This document shows, piece after piece, positions 58,543 to 64,000 of a DNA stretch of 64,000 bases. Source of the DNA: the human T2T-CHM13v2.0 reference genome, Homo sapiens; assembly GCF_009914755.1 (NCBI RefSeq), contig NC_060928.1, one strand, 5' to 3'. Position numbers and translations under genes: made by a program. Below the pieces are notes generated by a model. The model saw nothing but the letters and a program-made list of their open reading frames with translations, searched no databases and was not told where the DNA came from. Each line of letters opens with the position of its first letter. Position 1 is the first letter of the stretch.

Positions 58543-58871
58543 GTGGAGGGGCTTGTGTTTTGTGTTGACTTTTTTTCTATTTTCTTTCTTCTTTCCCCTT
58601 CCCTCTTCTCCTCTTCTCTCCCCTTTCCTTCTCTCCCTCCCTTCATCCTTTCTGTTTATTCCTCAGAAGTAAAATAATGCTATTTAAAAGAGGAAGAGAA
58701 GGACCCAGGTACCCTAGCAGAAATCTCAGCCAGCAGCCAACACCAACCACCTCTCATAGGAATGAGGCCAGTTTTGATTTTCATCCATTTCAGTTTCTTC
58801 TGACTGCACCCACTTAATTGAGCTTAGCAGAAGAATCTCACATTAACGTGTAGAATTATCAAAATAATAAA
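58543..58871 (+). repeat. Copy 1 of a ~320-bp local duplication (includes an MLT1-like LTR fragment)
   Basis: Aligns by eye with 61007-61322; identical 44-bp core at 58707-58750. Confidence 0.9.
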
Positions 58872-61006
58872 CTGTCATTTTAAGCCACTAAATTTAAGGT
58901 TGACTTCTTACACAGCAAAAGAGGATCAAACGGTACTTGCTAACAATTGAATGTGTTTGCAGGCTCTGGAAAAACATCGTACTGGAATTTCCTCAAATGA
59001 ATGAATATGTAATGAAAGTGGGTAACAGTCATACATTTGAGACTCAGCAAATTATACTGATTAACATAAATTGAAATGAAAATTCTCAGGCCTGCAAAAC
59101 TTTGCAGCACTTCTATGTAACAGTACCCAGGAAGATATTTCCCCAGCCCCACTCTCCCCACTCTTTCCCAACCCACACCTCATGTTTCACTGGAAGACAG
59201 TAAAACCTCCATTAACCTGAGTGCCAGTGGTCTGAATGATTCATATCAACTGAGAGTCACACATAAAACACATTTGGTTTCAGCACTTAATAGAAGCTCT
59301 TTTATTGACTAGTATTTCAATTTATTGATTAAAATACTTTAACAAACTGACCCAAAATTTTTACTAGCTCTAGGATATTCTGTTCAAATTATTTTTATGA
59401 TTGATAGCTCATTGACTTTGTACTTAAAAGAAGGATTTGGGAAATGTCAGCTCAAAATGTTCTATGTAAGGCAGGGATAATATGTCTTAATTTCAAGGGA
59501 TAGTAGTCCTCTGATGTCTCTAGATATTTTCTTTTAAAATAGCCAACAGGTAAGTTCTGTTTGGGGTCTTAGAAAACTTCTTTGTTTTCTGAATGACTGT
59601 TATTTATAGTATGACTTAAAGGAAAAAGACTTGATAAAATTTCTTAGCACATACACACATAAAAACCCATGTGACAATGTAAGCTTCTTTAAAAAGGCTG
59701 TCATTTTAATATTCAAGAACCTCTGACAATTGTTTTTACCCCTAGTATTCATTCAGATTTATAATTTTGTATAAGCTAACTGCTTTTATCTGAATAACTT
59801 ATTTGAAAATATCTTTTAACCATTTGTGTATGCCTTGCCCTCTGTACTGTGCTTCTCATCTTGGAAATCAAAGGGAATAAGGCAAATGACAGTAACAACA
59901 ATTAACAGTTACAGTCATTACAGTAGTAGTAATAATAGAGTATTATCCATATCCCATTGCTTTACACAAATATTTTAGATTGCTCTTAAAAAAGAAATAG
60001 TTAAATGACTAAGTTACACAAAAATGAGAACTTTATAATGCCTGGCACATAATAGATGTTTAATCAATATTTTTAAATAAATGAAAACAAGCAAAAAGCT
60101 ATTTTATATCAACTGCTGACTAATAGGCTTATGAAATTGTGATGACTCAAGAAATGTTTTAAGACTTCCTCATGAACCTTGCTGACAATGTATTGTCTGT
60201 AACGAACCACATTTGTTGATTAAGACAATGACTTGATGATAGTGTGCCCCATGGCTACCTCCTTCCCGGTATCAACCAATTCAAACAGCATCATTACTTC
60301 AGAAGACGTTTCATATAGTTTCCTCAAAAGGATTAGTGACTTTTAAAAAATCTTTCTAATGAAACAGGAAAGAAATCTGAATAGTGTTAAGCATGGAAAG
60401 AAAAAATCGTCCAGTGAAGCTAGTAAATATTCTCAGCAATGTGTTTAAGGGGTTGAACAGAAAATGAAAGATACTATGAATAGTGTTAAAAACCTTTATC
60501 TCTTGCTCTGGAAATGGTTTTGATCTTATGTTTGAATGGAAACGTATCTGCTTGAGAATTCACAATATCTCAATGTCAATAATGAGGGAAGTCTATAAAG
60601 TCATCTCACAGGAGGAACTAGAAAGAAGCCTGCTCTCCTAATTCTGTGTCCTGCTGAGCTTATCTTTGCAATTGACTCCACATCTCAACTCTCAGAAGAA
60701 CCCAAACTCTCAGCATATCCCCTTCCTTTACGCTTGCTTAAGACTAGAAACTTCTGTGTTGAGACAGGAGAAAAATCATTTTAGTTTATTATATTGTACT
60801 GCTAAACTCTAATTTATAAGAAAAAAAATGAGGTGGAGAAAAATAAGGGATATATTAAAAAACAGGACCTAACAATTTAAGTAGGCATAGTCAGGAACTA
60901 TTAAACAAGAAAATTTGACTTAAAAACTTAAGTCAGAAAAAATATTTACTACATTCATTTTTTGGCTAGAAAGCAATTTTGCATATTTAATATTTTGAGA
61001 CTTCAA

Positions 61007-61322
61007 GTGATGGGGCTTGTGCTTTGTGTTGTCTTTTTTTTTTCTATTTTATTTTGTCTTTCTCCTTTTCTCTCCCTTTTCCTTCCCTCCCTCCTTACTT
61101 TCTGTTTATTCCTCAGAAGTAAAACAAAGCTACTAAAAAAAGGAGGAGAAAGATGAAGGTACCCTAGCAGAAATCTCAGCCAGCAGCCAACACCAACCAC
61201 GTCCCATGTGAATGAGGCCATTTTTAATTTTCAGCTATTTCAGTTGTTTCTGATTGCACCCACTTAGGTGAGCTTAGCAGAAGAAGCTCACAATAACATG
61301 CAGAATTATCAGAAATAATAAA
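61007..61322 (+). repeat. Copy 2 of the ~320-bp local duplication
   Basis: Identical core aggtaccctagcagaaatctcagccagcagccaacaccaaccac at 61157-61200. Confidence 0.9.
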
Positions 61323-61860
61323 TAATTGTTCATAAAATTCAGTTATTAAAAGTAAGAAAAGAATATGGGAAGTTTAAATAACATCCTAAGAGAGTTATAC
61401 ATAGTTGTAGCAGGAAGACTGCCTGTTGCCAGGACCACTTGTATCTGCCTCGTTCTTTATTGCCAGTCTTCCAAATGACACTTTCATACTACACGTGCTA
61501 TGGGTCATGTGGAGTTTGTAGCTAATTAGAACAGAAAAGAGAAACCTTCCTTCATGGGATTTATGTTTGTTGATTTACTTATTAACACTGCTTAGGACTT
61601 ACTTTATCCTGCATTATCCTACATGCAATAGGATACATGAGACATTCAGAGAAACCTAGGACATGCCTCTGCCTTCAAAATGTCTAATTCAATTGAACAA
61701 GCAAATCTTATAAATGGGACAGTGATCCAGACAATAATATACAAACCAACATGTGATGTATATAGGTATATTTCTGTATCTATGTGGGGCTTAGTTTATA
61801 TGCAATATTTCACACCAAGCGCTTTAATCAGGACCTGAGAATTCAGAAACAAAGATTTGA

Positions 61861-62166
<306 letters not shown>

Positions 62167-62322
62167 TGATTGCAGCTTCTAGTAGTTCAAAACTTCCTTA
62201 TGGTCATAAACAAGGCAGAGGCTGAGTAACTATTTTTCCTACCATAGAATGTCATGTAACCATTAAAAAGAATGGGGGAAGACTGCATCAAAGTAGCATA
62301 AAAGGATGCTGAACCCATATTT

Positions 62323-62323
<1 letters not shown>

Positions 62324-62369
<46 letters not shown>

Positions 62370-62422
62370 TTTTGAGATGGGGTTTCACTCTTGTTGCCCA
62401 GGCTGGAGTGCAATGGCCCGGT
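62324..62422 (-). mobile_element. Mini-Alu: last ~50 bp of an AluS plus (ATTT)n tail
   Basis: 14-bp TSD tgaacccatatttt at 62310-62323 and 62423-62436. Confidence 0.88.
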
Positions 62423-63359
62423 TGAACCCATATTTTGAAAGACAAAAGTAAGTTGTATAATAATCTATATAAAGGGATCCCATTTATATAAAAAAGACCT
62501 TCATATACCTCTGTGAATAGTATACATGTATCTTTACATATTAAACATGTTTCTCTCTGTATATGCATAAATATGTGCATATAAATCTACATAGAATAGA
62601 AAACTAATCCCAAATTGTCACCAATGGTTACCACTGAAGAGCAGTAATATGGAGTAATGATAAGGAACTTGAATGTTTTATTTCAAATATATCTGTAGTG
62701 TATGAATTGTTTACAACAAATGATATCATCTATTTTTCTATTAGATTAAAAGGAAAGGAAAAAATCAATATGGTGGGTCTTGTTTTTTAAAGTATACTCA
62801 GGTGGTAGAAACAAGTAACTTCTTTTATAATACAAAGGAGGATGTGTTTTGTTTATAGATTCTGGGTGAAATTACAAAAGACAATTCATTTGGAAGACAG
62901 AAAGAAGCCCATAAGCTAAAATAAAAAGTAAATCTTTTACGGTAGTTGGCTCTTATTTTACTCACATACTCCAAACTAATCCAAATACTTATCAACAACC
63001 AGGAAAAGAATATCTACTTCCCATAGCTACTAGAAAGGAAAGATAACTCTCTCTTTCAAGGGCCACAAGTTTGTGCTTTTGGGTGCTCCTAAAGTCCATC
63101 AAGCCTGTACACTGCATTCTAGGAAAGTCAGGGCATATTGTTACATACTCATACAAAGAAAATGCATGTGGTATTTCAGGGTAGTTCTTACCTTCCTAAG
63201 TAGAGTTCTTACACATGTGTAAGAGAGATAGCTACTGAGAAAGGGAGAGTGGGAATGTGAAGAGATGCGTAACATGCAACTTAGTAGGAATTTTGATCTG
63301 TTTCGTGTTTCTCTGGGTTGGGCACAGCTTGACAGGCTTATATGTGGATCACCACATAC

Positions 63360-63420
63360 CCTCACTTCCCCTTTCCCTATCTCTTCCTCCTTTCTGGCTT
63401 TGAGGGATAGGATATAAATG
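63360..63420 (+). promoter_or_regulatory. Promoter of the PPBP-like paralog: ETS (cacttcc), GATA-like (ctatct) and TATAAA at 63413-63418
   Basis: Motifs visible about 115-170 bp upstream of the ATG; an ETS+GATA layout is typical of megakaryocyte genes. Confidence 0.6.
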
Positions 63421-63530
63421 ACATCTTCAAAGCATGAGAAGCCACTTGTCTGCAGACTTGTAGGCAGCAGCTCACCCTCATGTGCAAGTCTTCTGGCTCT
63501 GGAAACAACTCTAGCTCAGTCTTCTCCACC

Positions 63531-63678
63531 ATGAGCCTCAGACTCAAAGCCACCCCTTCCTGTAACAGTGCCAGACCATTTCATGCCCTGCAGGTGTTGC
63601 TGCTTCTGTCACTGCTGCTGACCGCTCTGCCTTCCTGCACCAATGGGCAAAGCAAGAGAAACTTAGGGAAAAGCAAAG
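63531..63678 (+). pseudogene. PPBPP1: Exon 1 of a PPBP/CXCL7 paralog, probably PPBPP1; rest of the gene lies beyond the window
   Basis: ccaccATG; MSLRLKATPSCNSARPFHALQVLLLLSLLLTALPSCTNGQSKRNLGKSK resembles but differs from PPBP (MSLRLDTTPSCNSARPLHALQVLLLLSLLLTALASSTKGQTKRNLAKGK); donor ag|gtagag; located just downstream of CXCL6; pseudogene status comes from synteny, not from a lesion seen here. Confidence 0.82.
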
Positions 63679-64000
63679 GTAGAGACCTGCTGCCTGCACC
63701 TGTTGCTGCTTCTGCTATACCTGTGTCTGGGAGAAAGACTAGCTGGTGCCCCTGGGTCTGGAGAGTGCCATTATACTAACAACTCCAATTGGAGGGGGCA
63801 CACAGAGGGGGCACTTCACATGTGCTGAGCATTCTGCTGGGCACTTTACTAAAGCTTTACAGATCATATTCACAATGGCCTTATGAGAGAGGTACAACTA
63901 CTGTCAATTTACAAATAAGGAATTGAGCTAAATAGTCATGGCCACTAATAAATCACATTTTCTACTCCACCTGAATGTGTAGACAGTGACTTGTACATTG

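Noticed and set aside
63531-63678. Identification as the functional PPBP gene
   Set aside because: Several amino-acid differences from PPBP and a position next to CXCL6 rather than CXCL5 indicate the paralog

Overview
This is mammalian (primate, almost certainly human chr4q13.3) genomic DNA from the ELR+ CXC-chemokine cluster, not microbial DNA. About the first 49 kb is repeat-dense intergenic sequence: nested L1s of several ages, Alus, L2/MIR, MaLR LTRs, Tigger1, MER5A/MER58 and simple repeats. The only complete gene is CXCL6 (GCP-2) on the + strand, with 4 exons (CDS 52397-52505, 52610-52742, 52849-52932, 53269-53287) giving 114 aa with an ELR-CTC motif. It has an NF-kB/GC-box/GATAAA promoter and an AU-rich 3' UTR. 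The window ends in the promoter and intact first exon of a PPBP (CXCL7)-like paralog, by synteny probably pseudogene PPBPP1. Nearly all other ORFs in the track are L1/Alu/Tigger fragments or low-complexity artefacts. I find no evidence for a wholly new biological system. The most notable structures are: (1) a young L1PA inserted about 0.4 kb upstream of the CXCL6 ATG with no target-site duplication (TSD); (2) a twin-primed, 5'-inverted L1 with a 13-bp TSD, a possible 3' transduction and an Alu in a hairpin at its tail; (3) a templated-insertion scar at 16447-16596; (4) a ~320-bp local duplication between CXCL6 and the PPBP paralog; (5) the apparently intact PPBP-paralog exon 1 with an extra in-frame upstream ATG. 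Repeat subfamily names and old-repeat boundaries were judged by eye and are approximate.
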